In this document: positions 1 to 11,865 of the stretch, piece by piece
How positions within the stretch are numbered: position 1 is the first letter of the stretch
Layout of the letters: the number at the start of each line of letters is the position of its first letter
Source of the DNA: Octopus sinensis
Taxonomy: Eukaryota
Assembly (NCBI RefSeq): GCF_006345805.1
Contig: NW_021833791.1
Location: 6,780-70,779, forward strand
DNA length: 64,000 nucleotides
Direction of reading: 5' to 3'
The notes under the pieces: generated by a model
Told to the model about the DNA's origin: nothing
Databases searched by the model: none
What the model saw: only the letters and a program-made list of their open reading frames with translations
Made by a program: the position numbers and the translations under genes

Positions 1-611
1 ACCTAAGTTCTTTCACTTACATGGAGGTACTACATTATGTGTATATTTATGAAAATTAGGCTTCATATAAATTTATCAAGAATTGGTAGATTTTATAACA
101 GAAATGTAGGCATTCTTGCATCGTTCTGTCACAATAAAATACGTCAAATGTCATTGAAATGACGTAATATTAAATAGCATTGTAGGTAGAAATTCACTGC
201 CAATTAATAAAATCCGTATATAATTCTTTCACTTGGTGTAGAGACTTCGTAAAACATTAATCTTATTTTGGTTATTAATGTTCTAAATTTTTCTAGGGTG
301 ACTAAGTTACCTGAACTTACAGACTGCTGTACTAAATACTTGCCAGATATAATTTCTTTACTGTCGTTTCTCTTTCATTTTACCATCATGGAAAATACTC
401 AATAACATCGCTTCCTTTTATATAAATTCCAGTAATATGGTAGGGTAAATATAGTTTATTCTTTCTTTTATTATTGTTGAAATTGTTCAAATACTAAAGG
501 ATAAAAGCAATACTTAAAATTCTCTAAGGATCAGATATGAAGAGATTAGAGGTTTAGTGGTGTCTTTAAATATGATGAGTAAATGTAATATGGAAATGTT
601 TGTCTACTTAC

Positions 612-664
612 CCATTGGCAGAAGATGCCATTGCCACCGGCCTTCGTCTTCCACCTCTTCCAAT
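612..664 (-). CDS. Isolated 53-nt exon-like segment of an unidentified host gene
   Basis: On the minus strand, tgtttgtattatctctAG | 53 nt | GTAAGT. The segment is visibly GC-richer than its flanks and all three frames are open (e.g. LEEVEDEGRWQWHLLPM or IGRGGRRRPVAMASSANG). Confidence 0.45.
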
Positions 665-1146
665 CTAGAGAATAATACAAACATGGTTAATTGCAGAAAA
701 CGTTTTGGAGTTAGAATGATTAGCTGTTAGTAGCAAGGTTTAAACAATATGCTTATATGAAGGAGGAGGTATATAAGTAACAGTAGTGTGCAAAAGACAA
801 AGAATAACCACATCTAAAAATCCAACTACACACAGATATAGACTCAGAAAATATAATGGGAAAAGATATTTTTATTTTCAGTTTAGTTGTAGAAATCTGA
901 ACATAGCTATTATTGCTTTCAATAAAGATATGAAATAGTGTTTATAATTATTTTACTTTTATAAGGTTCAGTTTTCATGATATCAGTGAAAATCCCTTAA
1001 CATATTATTTTAGGCATAATTTAGAAATGTTTAGGAAAATAAAATCATCAAATGTAATATGAAACACAGTTTATATAAGTATAGATGGATTATTATTTAC
1101 ATTATTTACATTAGTCGGATATGTGTCCTCGTGTTGTTTATTGTTG

Positions 1147-1190
1147 CCACAACGTTTCGGCTTATTTACTGTCCAGCCTTCATCAGGTGT
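1147..1190 (-). ncRNA. Minimal type I hammerhead ribozyme motif, C3-G8 core
   Basis: ACAC-CUGAUGA-A-GGCU...AGCC-GAAACGUU-GUG. Helix III is the palindrome AACGUU and helix I is 3 bp. Confidence 0.6.
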
Positions 1191-1267
1191 TCTAGTGGAA
1201 TTTTAGACCCAACCTTAAGTTCTCATTCTTAAGGTATTTGTTGGTGATGTTACTAAAATTCCACCAG

Positions 1268-1310
1268 GACACCTGATGAAGGCTGAGAAATAATCAGCCG
1301 AAACGTTTTG
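1268..1310 (+). ncRNA. Minimal hammerhead motif, C3-G8 core, helix I damaged
   Basis: GACAC-CUGAUGA-A-GGCUG-agaaauaau-CAGCC-GAAACGUU-UUGAU. The first helix I pair is broken. Confidence 0.5.
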
Positions 1311-1479
1311 ATAACAACAAACAAGCTGAGGACACATAACCGTCTAATGTAAATAATGTAAATAATGTACAGAATTCTTCGTCTCTGAAAGAGAGAACAG
1401 TATAAATGGATTATAAAGATCACATCCGGAAATCATCAAAAAGCTCCAAACAGGCAAAATAGAAGTGATAGTTATTGAT

Positions 1480-1870
1480 AGAAAACAGCATGGAGATGGC
1501 TGAATATGATATAGAAGAGTAAGAGAGAAGACACTTTGCAGATTGTGAAATAATACAATGAAAGAAGAAAATAGGAGCAACAACTGTTTAAAAGAGTTAG
1601 ATGGTAAGCATTTCAGACGAAGGCAGGATGTTGCAGCAGATAAATCGTGATTATGGTTGAATAATGGAGAGCTCAAAGAACAAATAGAAGGCCTCATTGT
1701 GGTTGCTCAAATCCAGTCTTTACAAACGAATGTCATTAAAGCAAGAATAGACAGAACCATGGAAAGTGTTTAGTACAGAATGTGTAACGAAAATGGCGAG
1801 TCAATTCTGCAGATAATAAGTACTGGAGTTCCTTTTTCACAGAAAGAGTATAAATGCAGGCACGATTACT
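1480..1870 (+). mobile_element. Degenerate R4/Dong-type LINE fragment (pre-zinc-knuckle region)
   Basis: Translates to WLNNGELKEQIEGLIVVAQIQSLQTNVIKARID...RMCNENGESILQIIS...KEYKCRHD, matching the WL..GLK.ETEG...AAQDQ / CR.C...ET..HI...C...Y..RHD motifs of other copies in the window. Confidence 0.6.
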
Positions 1871-1879
1871 TCAAAGAGG

Positions 1880-2330
1880 CTTTGGATTCAGGGGATATCG
1901 GCTTTTTACAGAACTTCGCATTCCAGGCCAAGAGCCATGGCACACCATCGATGTAGGCAGTAAAGCTCATCTCCATCCATCGTCCACCCCAAATAGTTAA
2001 GCGAAGTGTCACATCTGCTGTAGTAGAGCGTCACGCACCCTTCCAAATTCGCCAAAGGTCGAATTGTGGCCTTGTTGCTGCATTGAGCATCTTCCACCCT
2101 TATTCCTTCGATCGCATACTCTAGCTCTGAAAATTCAACCTTCGTGCTTAGTGTAGAAGAATAGATCAAGGGCCAGATGTGCTGCCAGTATGTGATACGT
2201 GCATTCAAGATGGCGTTGCAATTACACACTAGCACTAAAGATCGGGACGTTCCTAGGAAACCCTCGAAAGGCCTGAAGAAATCCTGCTTCCTTTTCACAG
2301 GGAAGAACACACAGTTATCAATCTAAAGGC
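1880..2330 (-). mobile_element. Possible highly degenerate LINE (RTE-like) fragment
   Basis: GC-richer segment whose translation weakly resembles the post-RT region of RTE elements. No diagnostic motif is intact. Confidence 0.25.
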
Positions 2331-3594
2331 ACCACCTTCGCTACTGTTCACATCTACAACTAATAACATAGAGTCCAGGAAGACAAAACGCATCTCGAGA
2401 ATCATGTCTGCCCAGGTCCACGGAAATTGAATGGATCTCTAGTCCCAGGTCTTTCCGAAATAGTCCTGTCACTTCGCCACCCCACCACCCATTCCAGATT
2501 TAATAAGAAATGTGAAGATATTGAATCTGCTACAAACGGGTGCAAATTTGCGTGTATTCGAATTCCTAGTCTCGCTGATGATTATTACATCCAAACCTAG
2601 TAATTTGCGCTCATTAAGCAGGCAATCCCGTAAAATAATATGAAGCATTCATAAAGATTGCTACAAAAATTTAATTACAACACTGGACGTCAATAATGTG
2701 TTTGTGAATGTTTTCCATTCGGTCAGCCATTCATTTTGTTTGCAGGTTAACATTGTGTGCATGTTTTCCCTTTACAATAATTCATTATAAATTAATAAAT
2801 ATACTCTAAATTCATTATAAATTAATAAAAACACTCTAAATAAACTGAAGAAAAAAGACCAAATAGTGGAAACTCATTATTGCTTCTCTCTTGAATGAAT
2901 TCATAAAACCTTTTCACATATTTAAAAAGCAAGAGAATTTCTAGTTCCAAGATACAAGTTTGAGCAACATAGGAAAGTTGATGCTGATTTAAATATATAC
3001 TGCATCTGATTTATGAATTTATAAAGAAAATAAGAAGACTGGTTGCGAAACCTAGGAATGCTTGATGCATTTTTAAAGTAATGAGATACACCTTCTACTC
3101 ATGTGAACTAAGTACAAGTTGCAAAGCCACATCAAGTGATGAATCCAAATGAACAGCAAATGAAAATTGAGGGATAAAATAGAAAAAACTAGAGACATTT
3201 TCTTATTTATCATTTTAAATGATGTATTTAACCAAATGATCGTTTATTCGGAAACTGCTTGCTTTTTATCAAAACCTTCCAAAAACTGCTTGCTTCAAAT
3301 CTCATCACTGACGATATAATCATTCGAATTATTAAGTTGAGATCTTTCTGTATGTAAAATGAAGTTATTTAAGCGGCTGATTTCGTAGATGAAATAAATT
3401 AATACATAAAAGGGGAGAGAGGGAGAGAGAGAGAAAAAAAAAGGCAAGCAAAGAATGGGTCAGATATAATTAAAACTGAACAATTAGTAGAAGTCTGTCA
3501 GCATGAAATATCCTGAAAGTAGACCTTTTGCAAAATCTAAAACGTCTGAATGATATGGCTACATATGCTGCCACATTCTTATGAAAGTATTGTA

Positions 3595-3627
<33 letters not shown>

Positions 3628-4140
3628 GTTTTTTACAATATTGCCGATGTATTATCCTTCACCAAACTTATGTAAAAATGGGCACATGCTCAAACAATGT
3701 GAGGGATGCCAAGAAGGGAGCGGGTAGGTGAGAGAAAGTATGAAAACAATAAGTGCATAAGACACCAACATGAAGACGGAAGTAGTGAGAGGCAGATGTT
3801 GTTCAAGGTAAAAAAAAATCATTGATACTATGATTTAACATTTACCTGCATTATAATGAGGGTGGAGCGAAATAAAGGCAGTATTCCGAAATTAGTGATC
3901 ATATTTCTCTAATTCTATATGTATGAAATTCAGTAACCTGAGGTTCCGCAAAACAAAGGATGCCTGTATAAACGGCGTGAGGTATTTTAAGCACTTATTT
4001 GTGTCTATTAACTTACAAGATTAGGAAAGGTATTATGTTAGAAAATCAAGCATTTATTATTAGTCGTGACCCTTGGATTAATGGGATTGATATGAAGTTA
4101 TTGAACCAAAAAACAAAAATTAGCGTGGGTGAGTCTGTGT

Positions 4141-4410
4141 GATGGCACATGGCCAAGCGGTTAGGGTGCTGCTCCCGTAATCGTCTGTTCGATTTCCAGG
4201 CCGGGTGGTGTGTTGGGTTTTTGAGTTAAACGCTTCATTTCACGTTGTTCTGCAACAACTTGGACATCTCATTTGTGGCACACTAAGCACCTGTACAGGT
4301 GATGTCGATTTGATGGAGAAAGTGAGCTAATGCGCAGCATGAACACGTGATCATAATAAAAAAAAATCATTTGTAGGTTGTTCAGAAAGGAAATACAGAA
4401 CCGTCATTCT
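4141..4410 (+). mobile_element. tRNA-derived SINE (degenerate)
   Basis: A-box-like tggccaagcggtt and B-box-like gttcgatttcc, followed by a SINE-type body and an A-rich end. Confidence 0.55.
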
Positions 4411-4461
4411 CGAAATCGTGACTATAGTTAAAAAATATTTGAAAGAAATCGTTTTTTGGTT

Positions 4462-4644
4462 TCGTAAAGTATACTAGCCATCTCAATATGGCTAACCACT
4501 AAGGGTGGGTGTTACTGTAGCTTTTAGCCCCAGGAGATCATCGTCTCCAGCTGGCTTTAGGCAGACTTTCTGTGCCCTTTCTGTGCTACAGTAACACCCA
4601 CCCTTAGTGGTTAGCCATATTAAGATGACTAGTGTACTTTACGA
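4462..4644. mobile_element. Fold-back / MITE-like element with 60-bp inverted arms
   Basis: 4462-4521 is the near-perfect reverse complement of 4585-4644 (3 mismatches), with a 63-bp spacer. Confidence 0.75.
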
Positions 4645-5069
4645 TGTCGAGCAGTTACTGTTTACATCTCATTCAGAGATTTATTATTGTTTTTTGGTTT
4701 CTTATCCAGAAATCTGCTTTCCATTGTTCTCCAACAAGTATAAATACAAAGCATTGGCGGGGGTCGGTCGTTTTCGCTTCCATAAGTTCTATGCCTATCG
4801 CTTTCTAGCAAGCACCTCTTCCTAACAGGCATACATGTTACCAAAGTGGCGAGAGCTTCATCATTGTCATTCTCCCTTACCACCATTTAACAACCGACTA
4901 CTACAGACAACCTTTCTATACCTAATCTAACGCGGAATTCAAAGGAAAATAAATCTGGCACGCAAGAACTTTCATCACCATGTTGATTCTTATGGTTTAT
5001 ATTACACTGTCTCACGGAGTTTGAACACTCTAACAGTATCATAACCTGTTACACACACTCATACACACA

Positions 5070-5296
5070 CGTCTTTGTGTCTATGTTTGTCCCCCACCAC
5101 CACCGCTTGACAACCGGTGCTGATATGTTTATGTCCCCGTAAGTTAGCGGTTCGGCTGAAGAGGACGATAGAGTAAGTATCAGGCTTTAAACAATAAGTG
5201 CTAGTGCCGCTATATTTGACTAAAAGTTCTTCAAGGCGGTGCCCCAGCATGGCCTCAGTCTATTTACTGAAGCAAATAAAAAAATAGAAAATAAAA
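5070..5296 (+). mobile_element. SINE 3' half (family of 42543-42940)
   Basis: Shares gcttgacaacc..., ttagcggttcggc and aaggcggtgccccagcatggc with the full-length copy. Confidence 0.8.
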
Positions 5297-5344
5297 GAAC
5301 AGATAGACAGACAGACAGATAAACTGACAGATAGATAGATAGAT

Positions 5345-5424
<80 letters not shown>
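5297..5424. repeat. (GATA)n/(GACA)n microsatellite
   Basis: Direct reading of the sequence. Confidence 0.95.
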
Positions 5425-5660
5425 CTTGAGTATCTCATCCTACTCCAGCAGCGTCGTCTACGTTGGCTCGGTACGTGCATCGAATACCGGACGGAAGGAT
5501 TCGAAAACCTCCTGTACCGGGAATTGGCCACCGACACAAGCGCACGAGAATGACTTCATCTTCGGTTCAAGGACGTCTACAAGGGAGTTATGAAGTCGCT
5601 TGATCTGGATGTCCTGAGATGAGAGGAGGTCGCAAATGATCGTCCACACTGAAGTAAATG
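5425..5660 (+). mobile_element. RTE LINE C-terminal fragment
   Basis: ILLQQRRLRWLG...LLYRELA...LRFKDVYKGVMKSLDLD...EEVANDR, the RTE post-RT motif, with stops and frameshifts. Confidence 0.7.
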
Positions 5661-5804
5661 TCGAAAAGGCCTCTGGAAGATTTTGTTCTGTGGTATGGCT
5701 CGGCAGGTGACCCAGAGCACCATAGCCTGGGTCCAGTAGTCATATAGGCGAGGGGAGGTGTAACAGAAACTCGCAACCAAAGAAAAACGCACTCGACGGA
5801 TGCC

Positions 5805-5853
5805 TACTCCTCCTCCCCTTCCACCACCTCCTCCGCCGCCGCCTCCTCTTCCA

Positions 5854-5884
<31 letters not shown>

Positions 5885-5903
5885 TTGTTACCACTACTAC
5901 TGC

Positions 5904-5938
<35 letters not shown>

Positions 5939-6060
5939 TAGATAGATAGATAGATAGATAGATAGAGATAGATAGATAGATAGATAGATAGATGATAGAT
6001 AGATAGATAGATAGATAGAGATAGATAGATAGATAGATAGATAGATTTATATTTATATAT
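5805..6060. repeat. Compound microsatellite (CCT/CCG, ACT, TA, GATA)
   Basis: Direct reading of the sequence. Confidence 0.95.
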
Positions 6061-6747
6061 AATAACAACTGATGGATAAAGGTTCACTACAGCTGTTTGT
6101 AATGTGTTTTTATTGAGGAACAGAACTGTAACATCATGCAAAAGAAAAACCCGTTTTCATCAGGCGAAATGTGTCAAAATTAACAATTACAGTTTCTCAT
6201 GAAAATTAACATAGAGGCATGTGACTCGACGATTCCAATGTCGATCATAGTGGGAAGGACTGAGATAGTATTAAGCTTATGGTTAGGAGATCGTTTCGTG
6301 GCTGGAGAGAGAAAGAAAGAAGAAGAAAAGAGGAATACAGGAGAATAAAGGATGGAAGGATGAGAGAAAGACTAATGCGAGGGAGAAAAAGAAGATAATG
6401 CATTATCCTTCTATCCTTTAAAGCTTATTAATAAAATTATCTTAGTTTTAGTAGAGTTGAAAGAAGAACGAAGACGCACGCACATTTCGATAGATACCTT
6501 ATATATTTGTTATATTTCTGTAACTTTTAATAATTTATAACCCTATTACCATTTATATTTCATATGTATTGTAGAAAACTCATATATTTCATATTCTACA
6601 TCACATACCAAATCGTATATTTCTGGAATAAATATGCATGTGTATATGTGTATATCTCTATCTAGGGTCTGAAGAAGCGCAATAAAACTAAGCACTTCAT
6701 GGACATGAAACCCAGGGTAACCCCATATAGCAGCCATATCTAACTTA

Positions 6748-6829
<82 letters not shown>

Positions 6830-7690
6830 GAGAGAGAGAGAGTGTGTGTGGTTGTATACTGTCAACATAACGTGACAGTCCCGTATGGGAATTACGTCAC
6901 CGCTGTTTAGCCCTAGGAAGCATCGAACGCTTCCTGTCGGCTTTGACACATTTCCTGTGTCCTTATATTTGTGAAGGGGAGGCAAGCACCCCCACCAGCC
7001 AAGATTCACACCTGAGGACATGGATGTATATATATACACACACACACACACACCACACACAAATACACATACATATGTATATATATATATCTTCTACACT
7101 TAATAAAACGTTGAAATAAAATGAATAAATAGAAAGCTTTAAAAACACCTGAAACACGTAAATATGCCTGTTAGCTTATATACATTAACGCATCACACTA
7201 ACATATTGAGATATATCCGGCTTTATGTTTCCTCTGTTACAATTGTTATTGCATGTACTTAATGTGACCGTAAGTCCATTCTCAAATGCTATTCATAATA
7301 CATGTTAGTGGTAGCGGTTGAAGTAATATAAGAGGTGTTAGTAATAGCAGTAGTGGTGATGGTGGCGGCGATACTCCTTGTTGTTTAGCTCCAGGTTAAA
7401 CTTAAATCAAGTAGATCTATGATCAAAAGCATCCCAGCTATAATCATCTTTACCCTTTTTAGGGTCATATCTAACACTATATTATCTACCTGTAATATGT
7501 ACTTCTTTTTTTGTTATATATTGGGTATGATTTGGAAGAAATTTAGCTGCAATTTCTAGAGTCTCTCTTTTTAGCATGAGTTGTCACTGTAGTTATCATT
7601 GTTGTTAGCTCAGATCAAACCTATTTGAATAGAGCCTTGAGCAGAGGCAGTTCAGCCATGACCAGCCCATTCTTTATAGAAATAGGAATA

Positions 7691-7873
7691 TTCTTTTACT
7701 TTTATCAGTCATAGAACTGTGATCATGCTGGGGTCTCTGCCTCAAAGAGTTTAGGTATTTGAATTGACTTCAGTGATCATTTTAAAGTCAGATACTTTTC
7801 CTGTTGATTTCTCTTGCCAAAGTGCTATTTCATGGAGGCAAAGACAATCCAATACTCATTGTCAAGCAGTGAT

Positions 7874-7880
<7 letters not shown>
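7691..7880 (-). mobile_element. Old SINE 3' half (family of 42543-42940)
   Basis: Degenerate reverse-complement match (tcagtcat...catgctggg...ttgtcaagcagtg). Confidence 0.5.
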
Positions 7881-7904
<24 letters not shown>

Positions 7905-7941
7905 TTATTCACCCACAGCAATGAGTGAATGATATTCTTAA

Positions 7942-8130
7942 CCATTTAGCATTTAAACTGGCTGTATCTGGTTGAAATATCCTACATGCTTCATGTTAAA
8001 ACTGGCAAGGTACGGCCTCTCACACCTGCTCTACAATGTCATTATAAAAATATACAATTGCATCAAAATCTCCAAAACAATATTAATAAATAAGCATAAT
8101 ATTTAATAAAATAATTTGAATGCTAAAGGG
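7942..8130. mobile_element. piggyBac-type MITE
   Basis: TTAA at 7938-7941, left TIR ccatttagcatttaaa, right TIR tttgaatgctaaaggg, and a degenerate right target site. Confidence 0.7.
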
Positions 8131-8576
8131 CTGAAAGACAATTTAGTATAATTAAACTTCCCTAAAAGTTCCAAATGAAGCGAGTCTAATTCTAAAAAAC
8201 AATCTTTAAACATTTTGCATGGAAAAAAATCTTTTGAGGTAAATATATTGATGACTTGGAGAGAGAATAAGGATGAAATTCGTATTTAAGCATATCTCAT
8301 TTATTTCAGAAAAAGCAATTAGTATAATTTAATTTTAATGAAGAGGAATCTAATACAGAATATCATTTCAAAATTAGTACAGTCAGTAAAAAAAAGTAAA
8401 GAAGTAAAAAGTGTTCAGACTTGAGGGTGAACTATAGCTATGCCTTTTTCTCTCTATTTATAGACAAGCAGACAGTGAATGATATTTTAAGGTTAATATA
8501 CTGTTTCACAATCACTTCTATGAACTCTACCTAATTCAGTTTTCTACCAAATTATATGTAGTTAAGTTCATTATAT

Positions 8577-8625
<49 letters not shown>

Positions 8626-8899
8626 CAGATGTATACAAAACAATTCAGAAGGATCTGAGTAAAGTAGTTTTGGGTTCATCATCATCATCATTTAACATCC
8701 ATGTTCCATGCTGGCATGAGTTGGTCATGGTAATTAGACAGAACATAAGAAGTAGAAAGTTTACATTCTCAGGTATAATGACACAACAATAGATAATGCA
8801 CATGTATTAAGAATTTCAAACACTTATATTTTATATATGTACAAATGAATTAATCATATTAATAACATCTCTCCTTCTTGCGTTATCTCCCACATCACT

Positions 8900-9338
8900 T
8901 TCCCAGTTTTCAGAGTTGGCACTATAAATGTAGGCACATTGAAAAGCCGGTCTAGCGAGATTGCAGAGGTGCTTGAACAGAGACGTGTTGATGTATGTTG
9001 CGTACAAGAGTTAAGATAGAGAGGAGCTTCAGCCAGTCCTCACAGGCAAAGAACATAGGTATAAACTGTTTTGGAAAGGTAATAGTGACTGAATAAGGGA
9101 TGTAGGCATACTTCTTGCAGAAACATAGGTGGATAAGGCCGTAGAGGTAGCGAGGGTGTGCGACAGAATACTTAAACTCAGGCTAGTCTTGCAGAATGGT
9201 ATAGCTACAATTATCTCCGCCTATCCCCACAAGCGGGCCTACCAAATGAACAGAATTATCTCTTTTATGATATTCTTCTGCATGCTACCTCAAAGACGAA
9301 TGATAATGATCTCATCTTTGTAGCTGGAGATTTTAATG
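8900..9338 (+). mobile_element. RTE LINE 5' fragment, APE endonuclease
   Basis: NVGTLKSRSSEIAEVLEQRRVDVCCVQE...YKLFWKGN...VGILLA...DRILKLRLV...IISAYP...LIFVAGDFN, with stops. Confidence 0.75.
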
Positions 9339-9790
9339 TTAACGGTTCCTCATGAAGATAATATGGACGCCGCACGGGCTCGAAAATTTAACTGTTATGT
9401 AAATCTCCTCGAGGAATGTGAAGATGCAGGCTGGAAAGCGGAACATTTTCCAATCGAAGTTGGACGTAGAGGGTTCGTTGGACACAGTGTGAGACGACTG
9501 TTGTTATCGCTAGGCCTAACTCATCATAAAGTTAATACCACCATGACCGATATCCAATCTACAGTGGGGAAGGCTAGCCACTGGATTTGGTTAAAAATAG
9601 ACGATGAGCGATGGCTAAAAGGATATTGAGCTTAATTTGATAACCAGCTGATGTAGCAAGCGGGGCCTCATATCAGTGAGGGGGTGGGGCGGTGCGCATT
9701 GATTCCGTCGAGAAGTAGGCCCCGAAACGGCGTGCATTCTCTCCTGATGACCCCATACACTTGCTGGCTTCCGGTATACGGAGCTTTTGA
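9338..9790 (+). mobile_element. HERO/R2-like LINE 3' end (REL endonuclease C-terminus plus 3' UTR)
   Basis: LTVPHEDNMDAARARK...CEDAGWKAEHFPIEVGRRGFVG...KASHWIWLK, a REL motif typical of HERO-clade elements. Confidence 0.7.
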
Positions 9791-9932
9791 CTGGTAGCAC
9801 TTGCACGTGCAAGTTGTTTGCAAGACATGTGTGGGTGATTATCACTGTTTGCATATGTGTATGTATGTATGTATGTATGTATGTATGTATGTATGTATGT
9901 ATGTATGTATGTATGTATTATGTATGTATGTA

Positions 9933-11865
9933 TGTTTGTCTGCGTATCCCTGAATCGACACCAAGAAATTCTACGAGGCGCTGAAAGCTGTTTATGGACC
10001 GCAGTCCTCCTTTGGATTAACCCCTCTGCTCAGCTCGGATGGAACCTCACTCCTGACTAACAAGAGGCTGATCCTGGAGAGATCGGTGGAGCATTTCAAC
10101 ATCGTGCTCAACCGACCAGCCCAGATCAACGAGGAAGCCATCTCACGACTCCCCCAGGTGCCGACAAACCACGAGCTGGCTGTTCCCCCTCACCAGCCTG
10201 TTCTAGTCGATGTGAGACAGGGAACAACTCCCTCAAGATTTCCGGGACGCAACAATCGTCCACATTTATAAGCGGAAATGAGATCGGCAGTCCTGCGACA
10301 ACCACCGAGGAATCTCCCTCTTGTCCATAGCAGGCAAGATCCTGGCCCGAGTCCTGCTTGACCGCCTTCTGGAACACTTGGAGCAAGGCCTTCTCCCTGA
10401 GAGCCAGTATGGCTTCCGCGCGGGTCGAGGGACCACTGACATGATATTCGCCGCCCGCCAGCTCCAGGAGAAATGCATGGAGCAGCACCTTGACCTCTGC
10501 ATGACCTTTGTTGACCTCACTAGGGCTTTCGATACAGTCAGTCGGCAGGGACTCTTGAAGGTCATGGGAAAATTTGGTTGCCCCAGCGAATTTATTGCAA
10601 TTGTCCGCCAGTTCCACGACGGAATAACAGCCAGAGTCCTTGAAGACGGCAGCTCATCTGAAGCCTTCCACGTGACCAACGGAGTCAGGCAGGGCTGTGT
10701 CCTGGCCCCAACACTGTTCAGCATCATGTTCTCGGCAATGCTGTCCGACGCCTTCAGGGACTGCAAGCCCGGTATCGACATCAAGTACAGGACGGACGGG
10801 AAACTTTTCAACTCCAGAAGATTGCAGGCCGTCACAAAGGTAAGGGAGACAGTCGTCAGAGACTTTCTCTTTGCTGACGACTGCGCCCTTAACGCAATCG
10901 ATGAGCAGAAGATGCAGCTCGGGATGGACAGGTTCTCATCAGCCTGTGACAACTTCGGTCTCACCATCAGTGCCAAGAAAACCGAAGTGATGTTTCAGCC
11001 AGCCCCCGGCAAACAATACCATGAGCCTCAGATAAAGGTGAACGGACGGATCCTACGAGCGGTGGAAAACTTCACCTACCTGGGCAGTACTCTCTCCTGC
11101 AATGCCAACATAGATGCTGAAATCATCAACAGAATCTCCAAGGCAAGCAGCGCGTTTGGGAGACCGCGAAAGAAAGTCTGGGAGCGGAGAGGAATCAGCC
11201 TCAACACCAAGCTGAAAGTCTACTGGGCAGTCGTGCTTACCACCCTACTATACGGCTGCGAGACGTGGACTGCTTACCGAAGGCACGAGCGCCAGATAAA
11301 CCACTTCCACCTCAGGTCTCTTCGGAACCTCCTTCACATCCGCTGGCAGGACAAAGTCCCAGACACGGAAGTTCTGAAGCAGGCAGATCTCCCTAGCACC
11401 ATCATGATCATGCGCAAGGCCCAGCTGAGATGGGCGGGCCACGTCTCCCGCATGTCCGACACTCGCATCCCAAAACAGCTCTTCTACGGTGAACTCAGCC
11501 AGGGCAAACGCAAAGTCGGAGGGCAGAAGAAGCGCTTCAAGGACAGTCTCAATGTTTCTCTCACAGACTTCTCCATCGGCACAGAAACTTGGGAGACATT
11601 TGCTGCCGACCGCTCATCCTGGCGCAGCGCAATCACCAAAGGAGCAAAGACAGCCGAGGAGACGCGGATTCAGTCAGCAGAACAGAAACGCCAGATGCGG
11701 AAAGCCAGAGCCACCTGCACCAATAGCACAGCCCCTACCCACTTCTGCCCCACCTGTGGGAGGGGCTTCCTTGCCCAGATTGGCCTCACCAGCCACCTCC
11801 GGTCTCATAGCAGCAATTCCACCAAATGATGTCAATGGTCATCTTCGAACCCGAAGGACGAACAT
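9933..11865 (+). mobile_element. 5'-truncated RTE LINE with 5' inversion and 19-bp TSD
   Basis: Contains RT ORF 10321-11829 and a 3' hairpin cttcgaacccgaag. TSD is tattatgtatg(t/a)atgtatg at 9916-9934 and 11866-11884. An internal deletion lies near 10195. Confidence 0.95.
10321..11829 (+). CDS. RTE reverse transcriptase (partial ORF) with C-terminal C2H2 finger
   Basis: Motifs QYGFR, FVDLTRAFDTV, GVRQGCVLAPTLF, LFADD, FTYLGS, LLYGCETW, LRWAGHV and CPTCGRGF...HLRSH. Confidence 0.9.
   Translation: MSIAGKILARVLLDRLLEHLEQGLLPESQYGFRAGRGTTDMIFAARQLQEKCMEQHLDLCMTFVDLTRAFDTVSRQGLLKVMGKFGCPSEFIAIVRQFHDGITARVLEDGSSSEAFHVTNGVRQGCVLAPTLFSIMFSAMLSDAFRDCKPGIDIKYRTDGKLFNSRRLQAVTKVRETVVRDFLFADDCALNAIDEQKMQLGMDRFSSACDNFGLTISAKKTEVMFQPAPGKQYHEPQIKVNGRILRAVENFTYLGSTLSCNANIDAEIINRISKASSAFGRPRKKVWERRGISLNTKLKVYWAVVLTTLLYGCETWTAYRRHERQINHFHLRSLRNLLHIRWQDKVPDTEVLKQADLPSTIMIMRKAQLRWAGHVSRMSDTRIPKQLFYGELSQGKRKVGGQKKRFKDSLNVSLTDFSIGTETWETFAADRSSWRSAITKGAKTAEETRIQSAEQKRQMRKARATCTNSTAPTHFCPTCGRGFLAQIGLTSHLRSHSSNSTK

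Larger units (their letters stand above)
1091..1368. mobile_element. Palindromic PLE-type terminal-repeat element (HHR family 1), two inverted arms
   Basis: Arms of about 115 bp at 1091-1205 and 1254-1368 are reverse complements with scattered mismatches. The same family occurs at 33787-33932. Confidence 0.8.

Noticed and set aside
9670-9760. GAAAC...CTGATGA in the HERO-like 3' UTR as a permuted hammerhead
   Set aside because: The sequence after CTGATGA (cccc) cannot pair with the strand before GAAA (ggcccc), and helices I and III do not form.
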